The position numbers were made by a program, and so were the translations under genes. 32,000 nucleotides of DNA from Pirellula staleyi DSM 6068 (GTDB taxonomy: Bacteria > Planctomycetota > Planctomycetia > Pirellulales > Pirellulaceae), in the NCBI GenBank assembly GCA_000025185.1, contig CP001848.1, forward strand, positions 5,610,001-5,642,000, given 5' to 3'. The notes beneath the pieces are model-generated. The model saw only the letters and a program-made list of their open reading frames with translations. It had not been told where the DNA came from and did no database searches. Positions within the stretch are counted from its first letter, which is position 1. Each line of letters opens with the position of its first letter. Below are positions 8,740 through 16,876 of this stretch, piece by piece.

Positions 8740-11265
8740 GTGGATCGCCGATTCCTGACTTTTTTTGTTGTTTCGATTGCCATCTGGATGGGCTTTCTGG
8801 GCTTGCGCCTGTTCTTGGTGCCCGATGCACCTGCGGTCGATCCCGCTGCAGAGGTGCAGGAAGATCCCGCCTCCAAGCCCGGCGATGATCAGCCGAGCGA
8901 GGAGAAACCACCAGTCGATAAAGATCCTGCGGCCGAGGATCCAGCGGCGCAGCCAGCCGCTGGTGAAGCCCCTGCCGATCAACCAGCTGGCGATGGCCCC
9001 GTGCCGAGCGCAGCCGAGGGCCCCAACTTTCCTCGCCAGCGAGTGACGCTCGGCTCGGTCGACCCCAACAGTCCCTACTCCATGCTCGTCACCTTCGACA
9101 CGAAGGGGGCGGTCGTTGAGCGCGTGGAACTCTCGAGCAACCGCTACCGCGATATTGAAGATTACAGCGGCTATCTCGGGCACCTCGATTTCGAAATCAT
9201 CGAAGAGGTTGGCCTGAAGGTGAGCGTTGTCGGTCCTGGCACCCCTGCTGCACTCGCTAAAGAGTCAGGTGGCAAGACCGGTATCGAAGTGGGCGACATC
9301 ATCACCGCTGTTGGCGATAAGCCGACGCTGACCCCCGAAATCTTCGATGCGGCGATGGCTGCCACCAAGCCCGGCGAAAAGATCCAAGTGAAGGTTCTCC
9401 GACCCGCCAAGTCACCAGCCGATAGCGAAACGAAACCGGTTGCCAAAGCCGCTGGCACCAGCCTCACGTTCGATGTGAATCTCACTCGTAAGCCGCTGCA
9501 AGTGGTTCGTCCCGAGTCGCACACCTACGAGCAGCGCGACGGAACGGTCACTGTCCTGGGACAAGATCCACTCTCGCTGCAACTCACGCTCGAGAATCTC
9601 GGTGGCACCACGATTCGGAGCGATGAAAACGAAATTCGCAACCTGCCATCGCTGATTTCAGGGAATTGGCAAATCGCCGAATCCAAAGACCCGAACGTCA
9701 TTGAATTTCACTATCCGCTTTCAAAAGCCACGCTCGAGAAGATCAAGAAGCCGGGTCCACTGACTGTCGTCAAGCGTTTCACGATCACTCCGGCTCCAAA
9801 AGATCTCGCGCCGGGCAAGGACAAGCCTTACTCGCTGGGGATGACCATCGAACTGCGCAACGAAAGCGACGCGGAACAGCAACTCGCTTATCGCCTCGAT
9901 GGCCCCACCGGTTTGCCCCTCGAAGGTTGGTGGTATAGCAACAAACTGCATCCCGACATGTGGGCCGCCGCCGGTGCTCGCGATGTGGCTTGGAAGCAAA
10001 CCGAGCTCACCCATCACCTGATCGGCTGTCCCAAGCTTCACAGCGATGCCAAAGCTGCTGAGAAGAACAAGCAAATCCTCGAGAGTCCTCTGCTCCTCGA
10101 GAACAAACCGTCGGCCATCGACTACATCGGCGTCGACACCCAGTTCTTTGCCTCGATGATCCTGCCAGGCAACTCGTACAAGACCAAGGGTGGCAACGAG
10201 CCCGCGAAGAACGAGTCCTCAGTAACCCCCGCGATTATTTTTCGTCGCGCATCGGCGATGCCGGTCCAAGCTTGGGAGCCGATTCCCAAGACCCGCATCA
10301 AAACGATGAACGTTTCGTCGCGTCTCGTCTCGCAAGTCGAAACGATTGCGCCGGGCGAAACGCTGGTGCATAACTACCGGGTCTTTTTCGGTCCCAAAGA
10401 GCCCGATGTGCTCAAGGACTACGGTATGACCAGTCTGATCGAGTATGGTTGGTCGTATGCCGCGATTCCCGCTTTTATCCTGCGCAGCGTGCTGGAAACG
10501 ATTTACTCGATCATCCCCAACTACGGCATTGCGATCATCCTGCTTACGGTGATTGTTCGCTCGGCGATGATCCCAGTCAGTCTGAAGCAAGCGAAGTCGG
10601 CAGCGATGATGCAGCAGCTGGCTCCTGAGATGGCCAAGATCAAGGAGAAGTATGCCGACAACATGGAGAAGCAGAGTCAAGCGATTCGCGAACTCTATGC
10701 CAAACACAACTTCAATCCGTTTGGCGGCTGCTTGCCGGTCTTCATTCAATTGCCGGTCTTCATCGGCCTCTATCGCTGCTTAAGCGTCGATATCGAACTG
10801 CGTGATGCGGCTCTTTTCCCGGGGATAGCTTGGGCGTCGAATCTCGCGGGTCCCGACAAATTGTTCTACTGGAAAGACTATGTCTTTTCGATGATGGGGG
10901 ACGAAGCGAATGGATGGCTTGGTCCGTTCTTCAACGTCTTTCCACTGATCACCGTCTCGCTGTTCCTTGTGCAGCAGAAGATGTTCACGCCACCTGCCAC
11001 CGACGAACAAACGGCGATGCAGCAGAAAATGATGACCTACATGACGGTCTTCATGGGGGTGATGTTCTACAAGGTTCCAGCCGGGCTGTGCGTCTACTTC
11101 ATTACGTCGAGCTTGTGGGGCATTGCCGAACGCAAGCTCCTCCCCAAACCGAAACCTGTCGACGCATCGGCCGCAGCTGTCATTAGCAGCAGCACGAAAA
11201 CTGACGAGGACGCTAAGAGCAACGGCAAGAAGAACAAGGACAAACGCAAGAATCCCTTAAAATAA
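8740..11265 (+). CDS. yidC: Membrane protein insertase YidC, long form with extended periplasmic region
   Basis: GTG start (MDRRFLTFFVVSIAIWMGFL). The C-terminal core NYGIAIILLTVIVRSAMIPVSLKQAKSAAMMQQLAPEMAKIKEKYADNMEKQSQAIRELYAKHNFNPFGGCLPVFIQLPVFIGLYRCL is unmistakably YidC/Oxa1. It is followed by mnmE, the conserved synteny. Confidence 0.95.
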   Translation: MDRRFLTFFVVSIAIWMGFLGLRLFLVPDAPAVDPAAEVQEDPASKPGDDQPSEEKPPVDKDPAAEDPAAQPAAGEAPADQPAGDGPVPSAAEGPNFPRQRVTLGSVDPNSPYSMLVTFDTKGAVVERVELSSNRYRDIEDYSGYLGHLDFEIIEEVGLKVSVVGPGTPAALAKESGGKTGIEVGDIITAVGDKPTLTPEIFDAAMAATKPGEKIQVKVLRPAKSPADSETKPVAKAAGTSLTFDVNLTRKPLQVVRPESHTYEQRDGTVTVLGQDPLSLQLTLENLGGTTIRSDENEIRNLPSLISGNWQIAESKDPNVIEFHYPLSKATLEKIKKPGPLTVVKRFTITPAPKDLAPGKDKPYSLGMTIELRNESDAEQQLAYRLDGPTGLPLEGWWYSNKLHPDMWAAAGARDVAWKQTELTHHLIGCPKLHSDAKAAEKNKQILESPLLLENKPSAIDYIGVDTQFFASMILPGNSYKTKGGNEPAKNESSVTPAIIFRRASAMPVQAWEPIPKTRIKTMNVSSRLVSQVETIAPGETLVHNYRVFFGPKEPDVLKDYGMTSLIEYGWSYAAIPAFILRSVLETIYSIIPNYGIAIILLTVIVRSAMIPVSLKQAKSAAMMQQLAPEMAKIKEKYADNMEKQSQAIRELYAKHNFNPFGGCLPVFIQLPVFIGLYRCLSVDIELRDAALFPGIAWASNLAGPDKLFYWKDYVFSMMGDEANGWLGPFFNVFPLITVSLFLVQQKMFTPPATDEQTAMQQKMMTYMTVFMGVMFYKVPAGLCVYFITSSLWGIAERKLLPKPKPVDASAAAVISSSTKTDEDAKSNGKKNKDKRKNPLK

Positions 11266-11284
11266 GGCGATTCTTTCGTTTTTT
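11248..11284 (+). terminator. Hairpin plus T-tract spanning the yidC stop codon
   Basis: AAGAATCCCTTA-AAA-TAAGGCGATTCTT forms a 12-bp stem with one bulged G. The TAA stop at 11263..11265 forms the first three bases of the 3' arm. The stem is followed by TCGTTTTTTGG and sits 28 nt before the mnmE ATG. Confidence 0.55.
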
Positions 11285-11311
11285 GGCTTCCTTGATTGAG
11301 GTAATCCCGGC

Positions 11312-12712
11312 ATGCTCACGGGGAGCGATATCTCGGTCGACGATGTGATCGTGGCCGAGGCGACGAGCCGCGCAAGTGGCGTGCGTGGTGTGATTCGACT
11401 CTCGGGCGACCGCGCACTGGCGGTTGTCGCGGCGTTCAGCGAAGCACATCACGAGCTCGATCAACTGGCCGTAGCGAGCAGCACGCGCGCGGTGGTAATT
11501 CCGACGCACTTAGTGCTCCCTGCGCCGCTGGGCCAAGTTCCAGCAACGCTTTTGGTCTGGCCAGGGAGACGGAGCTACACACGGCAACCGACGGTCGAGA
11601 TTCATACCGTCGGATGCACGCCGATACTCGACGTGATCACTAGCACGGCCTGTGCTGCAGGTGCTCGAGCCGCGCGGCGGGGGGAGTTCACCCTGCGAGC
11701 CTTGCTCGCTGGCAGACTCGATTTGACGCAGGCGGAAGCGGTGCTCGGGGTCATCGAAGCGCGATCGCCGCAACAGCTTTCCACCGCCCTGTCGCAACTG
11801 GCAGGAGGACTCGCTTCGCCACTAGCTGCACTGCGCGAAGAGCTGCTCGATCTACTGTCGCTTGTGGAAGCGGGACTCGATTTTGCCGATGAAGATCTCG
11901 ATCTGCTCTCGAGCGACGAACTGACAAGCCGCATCGAAGCTGTCGCGGCGCAGGTGATTGCTCTGGAGGATCAGCTCGCGAGTCGCGCCGTCCGGACGAG
12001 CCGGCCACGTGTCCTTTTGGCAGGGCGACCGAATGCCGGAAAAAGCAGCCTGTTCAACGCGCTCGCCGGATATCACGCCGCCATTGTGGCGGATGTGGCG
12101 GGGACCACACGCGACTATCTGACGCAAACCATTCGCCTCGGCTTGCTGGAAATCGATCTGCTCGATACGGCGGGACTCGATGAAATGGTGCCGACGACCA
12201 AGCTCGATGCGCTGGCGCAGCAGCTGACGATCAGCGCGGCTGCCGAGGCCGATTTGGTGCTATGGTGCATCGACGCTCGCCGCCTGGGCGACCCGCGCGA
12301 GGCCATCCCCGAAGTCTGGAAAACGCTTGCCCCCGCCGTGGTGATCGGCACCAAATGCGATCTGCTGAGTCCCGCCGAGATGGCCCAGGGACGATCGCAA
12401 GTCGATCTGCTGGTCAGCAGCGCGGCAAATGAAGGCCTAGCTCAGCTGCGGGAAAGAATCGCGCAAGAAGTCGCGCTTGATGCACTTTCGCCAGCTGTGG
12501 CGTCGACAGCAGCCCGGTCGCAACATTCGCTCGCCACCGCGCGAGCTTCACTGGCTGAAGCAGCTCAGATCGCCCGCTCAGCGATCGGAGCCGATGAACT
12601 TGTGGCAGCGGAACTTCGCATCGCCATCGATGCTCTCGGGGATATCGCCGGGGTCACTTACACCGACGATATCCTCGATCGTGTGTTCAGTAAGTTCTGC
12701 ATCGGCAAATAG
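11312..12712 (+). CDS. mnmE: tRNA modification GTPase MnmE (TrmE)
   Basis: G-domain motifs GRPNAGKSSLFNAL, TTRD and LLDTAGL are present. The diagnostic C-terminus ...VFSKFCIGK is also present. Confidence 0.95.
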   Translation: MLTGSDISVDDVIVAEATSRASGVRGVIRLSGDRALAVVAAFSEAHHELDQLAVASSTRAVVIPTHLVLPAPLGQVPATLLVWPGRRSYTRQPTVEIHTVGCTPILDVITSTACAAGARAARRGEFTLRALLAGRLDLTQAEAVLGVIEARSPQQLSTALSQLAGGLASPLAALREELLDLLSLVEAGLDFADEDLDLLSSDELTSRIEAVAAQVIALEDQLASRAVRTSRPRVLLAGRPNAGKSSLFNALAGYHAAIVADVAGTTRDYLTQTIRLGLLEIDLLDTAGLDEMVPTTKLDALAQQLTISAAAEADLVLWCIDARRLGDPREAIPEVWKTLAPAVVIGTKCDLLSPAEMAQGRSQVDLLVSSAANEGLAQLRERIAQEVALDALSPAVASTAARSQHSLATARASLAEAAQIARSAIGADELVAAELRIAIDALGDIAGVTYTDDILDRVFSKFCIGK

Positions 12713-12761
12713 TGCAGAACCACGAGCTGCTAACGGCTGAAGGCTTGCTTTTTTAGCGTCC

Positions 12762-13343
12762 TTACTTTTTCAGCGCAACAGTGGGTGGAGCAGGCGCCAC
12801 TTCATCGTCGTCACCACTGTCGGCAGGCGCTGGTGGTGCGGGAGCTGCTGGTTCATCGCCATCGTTCTTTTTGATCCCGAGAATGTCTTGCAGCATCGGC
12901 CAGACTTGTTCGCGGGCTTTGCTGTAGCGATTCAGATCCGACTGAGCTTTGGTCTTGGTGTAGTCGCTCAGCCCCTTGGCCTGCTTTTTCAGCAGATCGC
13001 AAATGTCGACCACTTTGTCGAAGTACTCGCGATCGGCGTCATCGGTAAATCCCGAGCGAACCAGCTCGATACGTTTGGTCGTATCGTTGAGCATCGAATC
13101 AATTTCCACCAGGAACTGCTGCACAGTCGCAGCGTCGTACACTTCTTTTTGATAGGCATCAGCCAGCATGCCGGTCATCAAGAACGTCTGGTAGGGATAG
13201 AACTTGGTGAGAGCACCAATGATCTGCACTTTGGCCAGCTCAGGGTCGGGCTTCGCCTCTTGAGCCGACGCAGGAACTGCAGTCGCCAGCAGTGCGATAG
13301 CGAGCACGAGGAACGAGCAAAGAATCCGCTTCATAACAGGCAC
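12762..13343 (-). CDS. Secreted hypothetical protein
   Basis: Signal peptide MKRILCSFLVLAIALLATAVPASAQE, a probably helical body, and a Pro/Ala/Asp-rich tail (EPAAPAPPAPADSGDDDEVAPAPP). No family recognised. Confidence 0.6.
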   Translation of the reverse strand: MPVMKRILCSFLVLAIALLATAVPASAQEAKPDPELAKVQIIGALTKFYPYQTFLMTGMLADAYQKEVYDAATVQQFLVEIDSMLNDTTKRIELVRSGFTDDADREYFDKVVDICDLLKKQAKGLSDYTKTKAQSDLNRYSKAREQVWPMLQDILGIKKNDGDEPAAPAPPAPADSGDDDEVAPAPPTVALKK

Positions 13344-13510
13344 CTTGTTTGGAATCTCTTGAATGGTTGCGATCGTCAGCGACGTGCAATAGTCTCTCCG
13401 CCCCGGTGAGCAGGGTCAATAGAAAGGCGAAGAGAGACTGAGGATCCCCCCGCTTAGCACCCCGACGTTCCCAAAGTTGACTTCACCCGATGGCGCGCAC
13501 ATCCGCGCAG

Positions 13511-13541
13511 AAAAAAGGCCCACGCCGAGAAACGCAGGCCC
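13511..13541 (-). terminator. Intrinsic terminator downstream of aspartate kinase
   Basis: The minus-strand RNA reads GGCCUGCG-UUUCUCGG-CGUGGGCC-UUUUUU. This is 8 bp including two G-U pairs, which would be C-A mismatches on the plus strand, so the orientation fits the minus strand. It lies about 47 nt after the stop at 13588. Confidence 0.6.
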
Positions 13542-13587
13542 TGTTTTTCATTTGACACGCTTGTGGGCAAAACTGCCCGGCAGCAAT

Positions 13588-15366
13588 TTAACGCATCACA
13601 TCCGAAAACGCTTGCTGCAGCTGTTTCATGCCCCGCTCGCCAGCGGCACCATCGACCACCACATTCACGCGCACTTCGCTCGTGTTGATCATTTCCAGGT
13701 TGATGCCGGCATCGCTGAGGGCCTTGAACATGCGAATGGCAACACCGGTGTGGGTGCGAAGTCCCACGCCGGAGACCGACAGCTTGGCAATTGCCGGGCT
13801 GCTCGTCACCTCTTTGCAAGCGAGCGATTTGGCGACCTGCTTGGCGACTTCGACACTTTTGACCAGCTGTTCGTCGGGGACGGTGAAGCTGAGAGTCGCT
13901 TCGCCACTCGAGGTGGGGTGGCTCTGCACAATCATGTCGACGAACACACCACCAGCTGCCACTTGCTCGAACACTTTCGCGGCGATCCCCGGGGCATCAG
14001 GCACCCCCGAGATGGTGACGCGCGACTGCTTGGAGTCGAGCTGAATGTCGTCGATCGTGAGATCTTCCATGTTGATCCCCTGCAACCGAGCAATAACGTC
14101 GGCTGCATCGGACTGCGAGCTTTTAGGGGTCCAAGGCTCGATGGGAGTGGTTGGTTCCTTGTCGAGTTCAAACTCTTGATGCACGATGCGGAGTGCTTTT
14201 TGAGCTTCGTCGCGTCGAACCAGTACCGAGATTTTGATTTCGCTCGTCGTGATCATCTGGATGTTGATGCCAGCAGCAGCCAGAGCGCGGAACATACGTT
14301 CGGCAACACCCGTTTGGCGGGCCATGCCGAGTCCCACAACCGAGACCTTCGCGACACTATCATCCGACGTGATGCCAGCCGCTCCGACGATCCGAACACC
14401 TTCACGCACTGCTTCGAGCGCAGCGTCGAGCTCATTGCGCGGGACCGTGAAGCTGACATCGGCTTTGCCACTCTCGCCGACGTTCTGCACGATCATATCG
14501 ACCGAGATATTGCGGTCGGCTATGCGCTTGAAGATCTCGAGGCTCGTCCCGGGAACATCAGGAATTCCCTCGACGGTGATGCGTGCTTCGTCCTTAGTGA
14601 TCGCGGCGCCACTCACCGCCATGTCGGGGCGTTCTGGCTCGGCCACGATCATCGTGCCAGGCTGATCGGTGAAGCTGCTGCGAACATGAATCGGCACGTC
14701 AAACTTCTTGCCGAACTCGATGCTGCGGCTGTGCATCACCCCCGCGCCGAGGCTCGCCAGTTCAAGCATTTCGTCGTAGCCAATGCGGCTGACGCGTCGC
14801 GCTTCGGGCACGACGCGTGGGTCGGTGGTGTAGACACCATCAACATCGGTGTAGATTTCGCAAGCGTCGGCCCGGAGCACAGCGGCGAGTGCCACCGCCG
14901 TCGTATCGCTGCCACCGCGTCCCAGGGTGGTGATGTTGAAATCTTCGTCGATCCCCTGAAAACCAGCGGCGATGACGATGTTCCCTTCGTCGAGCAGCTT
15001 GCGCATGCGGCTCGTTTCGATGCTCTTGATGCGTGCTTTGCGGTAGCTGGCGTCGGTCTTCACACCAATCTGCGCGCCGGTGAGGCTGATCGCTTTGTTG
15101 CCGAGCGAGTGAATCGCCATGGCCATCAGCGCCACGCTGATTTGCTCGCCGGTCGAGAGGAGCATATCCATCTCGCGGGCTGGGGGCCGCTCGTTCACCT
15201 GCGCAGCGAGTTCGAGCAGGTCGTCGGTCGTGTCACCCATCGCCGAAACAACCATCACCACCTGGTTGCCCTCTTGCTGAGCGCGAATCGCGCGGCGAGC
15301 GGCCTTCAGAATCTTTTCGGGCGTAGCAACGCTGCTGCCACCAAACTTTTGCACGATGAGAGGCAT
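13588..15366 (-). CDS. lysC: Aspartate kinase, long form with four ACT domains
   Basis: The ORF track starts at 15462. I prefer ATG 15366 (MPLIVQKFGGSSVATPEKI...), the canonical aspartate kinase N-terminus. Motifs VVSAMGDTTD and LGRGGSDTTAVALA are present. Two consecutive ACT pairs follow the kinase domain (see findings). Confidence 0.95.
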   Translation of the reverse strand: MPLIVQKFGGSSVATPEKILKAARRAIRAQQEGNQVVMVVSAMGDTTDDLLELAAQVNERPPAREMDMLLSTGEQISVALMAMAIHSLGNKAISLTGAQIGVKTDASYRKARIKSIETSRMRKLLDEGNIVIAAGFQGIDEDFNITTLGRGGSDTTAVALAAVLRADACEIYTDVDGVYTTDPRVVPEARRVSRIGYDEMLELASLGAGVMHSRSIEFGKKFDVPIHVRSSFTDQPGTMIVAEPERPDMAVSGAAITKDEARITVEGIPDVPGTSLEIFKRIADRNISVDMIVQNVGESGKADVSFTVPRNELDAALEAVREGVRIVGAAGITSDDSVAKVSVVGLGMARQTGVAERMFRALAAAGINIQMITTSEIKISVLVRRDEAQKALRIVHQEFELDKEPTTPIEPWTPKSSQSDAADVIARLQGINMEDLTIDDIQLDSKQSRVTISGVPDAPGIAAKVFEQVAAGGVFVDMIVQSHPTSSGEATLSFTVPDEQLVKSVEVAKQVAKSLACKEVTSSPAIAKLSVSGVGLRTHTGVAIRMFKALSDAGINLEMINTSEVRVNVVVDGAAGERGMKQLQQAFSDVMR

Positions 15367-15499
15367 GGAACGAACACTTCCTGACAAAACAGTATCGAAC
15401 GGGTGAAAGGAAAGAAAACGTTGCGCCTGGCGACATGCTCGGCGACTAAACTGCGAAAGCACTTCGAGATCACTGCAACCAGCGGGTTGCTAACACCAA

Positions 15500-16711
15500 T
15501 TAAGTCAGCTGACTGCGAAGAAAGTAAGGCATCAGCTTCGAGCCGTCGTCGAACGACAAACTCGAGGCACCCGCAACAGGTTCGCTATAAGCCGACGCGC
15601 CACTGCCAGCGACACCAGTGCCGCAGATCGCAAACGGCACAAAGCCATGGCTGTGCGTCTTGGTGCGGCAAGGGGTGGGATGATCGGGCGAAACGAGAAT
15701 TCGGTAATCTCCCTGAGCAGCCAGAGCCGCATGCAGCGGAGCGACGATTTTCTCATCGATCGCTTCGAGGGCGGCGATCTTGGCATCGACCTTCCCTTCG
15801 TGTGACGCTTCATCGGTCGCTTCGACATGCACGCAAATGATGTCGGTGGTCGGAATCGCTTCGATGGCGTAGCGCCCTTTCGCGGCATAATCGGTGTCGA
15901 GGTAGCCGGTCGCGCCGGGAACTTCGATTCGATCCCATCCCACTAGCGCGGCGAGACCTCGCAAAAGGTCGACAGCGGTGATCATCTTTCCCGACAAACC
16001 GTGAAGCTCGCGGAAACTCTTGAGCGCTGGTGTGCGGCCCAGGCCCCACAGCCAAATGTTAGTCGCCGGAAGTTTGCCAGCGGCGCGACGCGCGACGTTC
16101 ACCGGGTGATCGGCAAACAGGGCGAACGAACGCTCCATCAGGTCGTTGAGCAACTCGCTTCCGGGACCACGGGGAAAGTCGTCGGCGACACTTTTGTCGG
16201 TCAGATCGTGCGGCGGTGTGGCGCGGGTATCTTTCGTGAACGGAGCGGTCGACTGGCTGCCGCGATAAAGGAGCAAGTTGCGATAGCTCACGCCGGGTAC
16301 GAACTCGAGCAGCGACGAACCGAGTTCAGCTTGAGCCGTTGCTAGAAGCTCTTTGGCTTCTTCCGACGAGATATGCCCGGCGGTAAACGACTTCATCGTC
16401 TGGTCTTCGACCGTCACGAGATTGCAGCGGATCGCCCAGTCGGCAGCGCCGAGAGCAATCCCTTGAGCAGCAGCTTCCAGCGGTGCACGGCCGGTGAAAT
16501 AGACATTCGGGTCGTAGCCAAAGAGACTCAAATTGGCGACGTCGCTGCCGGCTGGCAAATGGGCGGGAACATTGTTCGCTCGTCCTAGCACTCCCGCTTT
16601 GGCAATGGCATCCATCGCCGGGGTGCGTGCGACCTCGAGGGGCGTTTTTCCACCGAGCGACTCCTGCGGTTCGTCAGCACAGCCGTCGGGAATGATGATT
16701 GCATATTTCAT
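15500..16711 (-). CDS. Cofactor-independent phosphoglycerate mutase (archaeal ApgM-type) homologue; candidate alternative homoserine kinase
   Basis: MKYAIIIPDGCADEP...LGGKTPLEVARTPAMDAIA...PAGSDVANLSLFGYDP...HVEATDEASHEG...SPDHPTPC..KTHS are alkaline-phosphatase-superfamily ApgM motifs. The gene is sandwiched between aspartate kinase and homoserine dehydrogenase. Confidence 0.85.
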   Translation of the reverse strand: MKYAIIIPDGCADEPQESLGGKTPLEVARTPAMDAIAKAGVLGRANNVPAHLPAGSDVANLSLFGYDPNVYFTGRAPLEAAAQGIALGAADWAIRCNLVTVEDQTMKSFTAGHISSEEAKELLATAQAELGSSLLEFVPGVSYRNLLLYRGSQSTAPFTKDTRATPPHDLTDKSVADDFPRGPGSELLNDLMERSFALFADHPVNVARRAAGKLPATNIWLWGLGRTPALKSFRELHGLSGKMITAVDLLRGLAALVGWDRIEVPGATGYLDTDYAAKGRYAIEAIPTTDIICVHVEATDEASHEGKVDAKIAALEAIDEKIVAPLHAALAAQGDYRILVSPDHPTPCRTKTHSHGFVPFAICGTGVAGSGASAYSEPVAGASSLSFDDGSKLMPYFLRSQLT

Positions 16712-16876
16712 GGAAAAAGCCGGTATTTCTGTTATCGCTGGCGAATCAAGGAGCGTGAACTAAGCACGCTATCGCGCTACATACTTCGTAAAGAACTAAG
16801 AAACAGTTATCGATAAATCACTCAGGAAATCGTCAGCACTTACGGACAAAATCCTCAGCAATTCCTGACTATCTTT

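Noticed and set aside
7213-9183. Minus-strand ORFs 7213..7737, 7879..8305 and 8623..9183.
   Set aside because: They are antisense to the DUF1559, lipoprotein and yidC genes. Their sequences are low-complexity and Arg/Gly-rich with no family resemblance.
13477-15384. A 635-aa plus-strand ORF, one of the longest in the track.
   Set aside because: It lies exactly antisense to the well-supported aspartate kinase gene. Its translation is rich in His, Arg, Asp and Gly with no recognisable motif. Such shadow ORFs are expected in GC-rich DNA with strong third-position bias.
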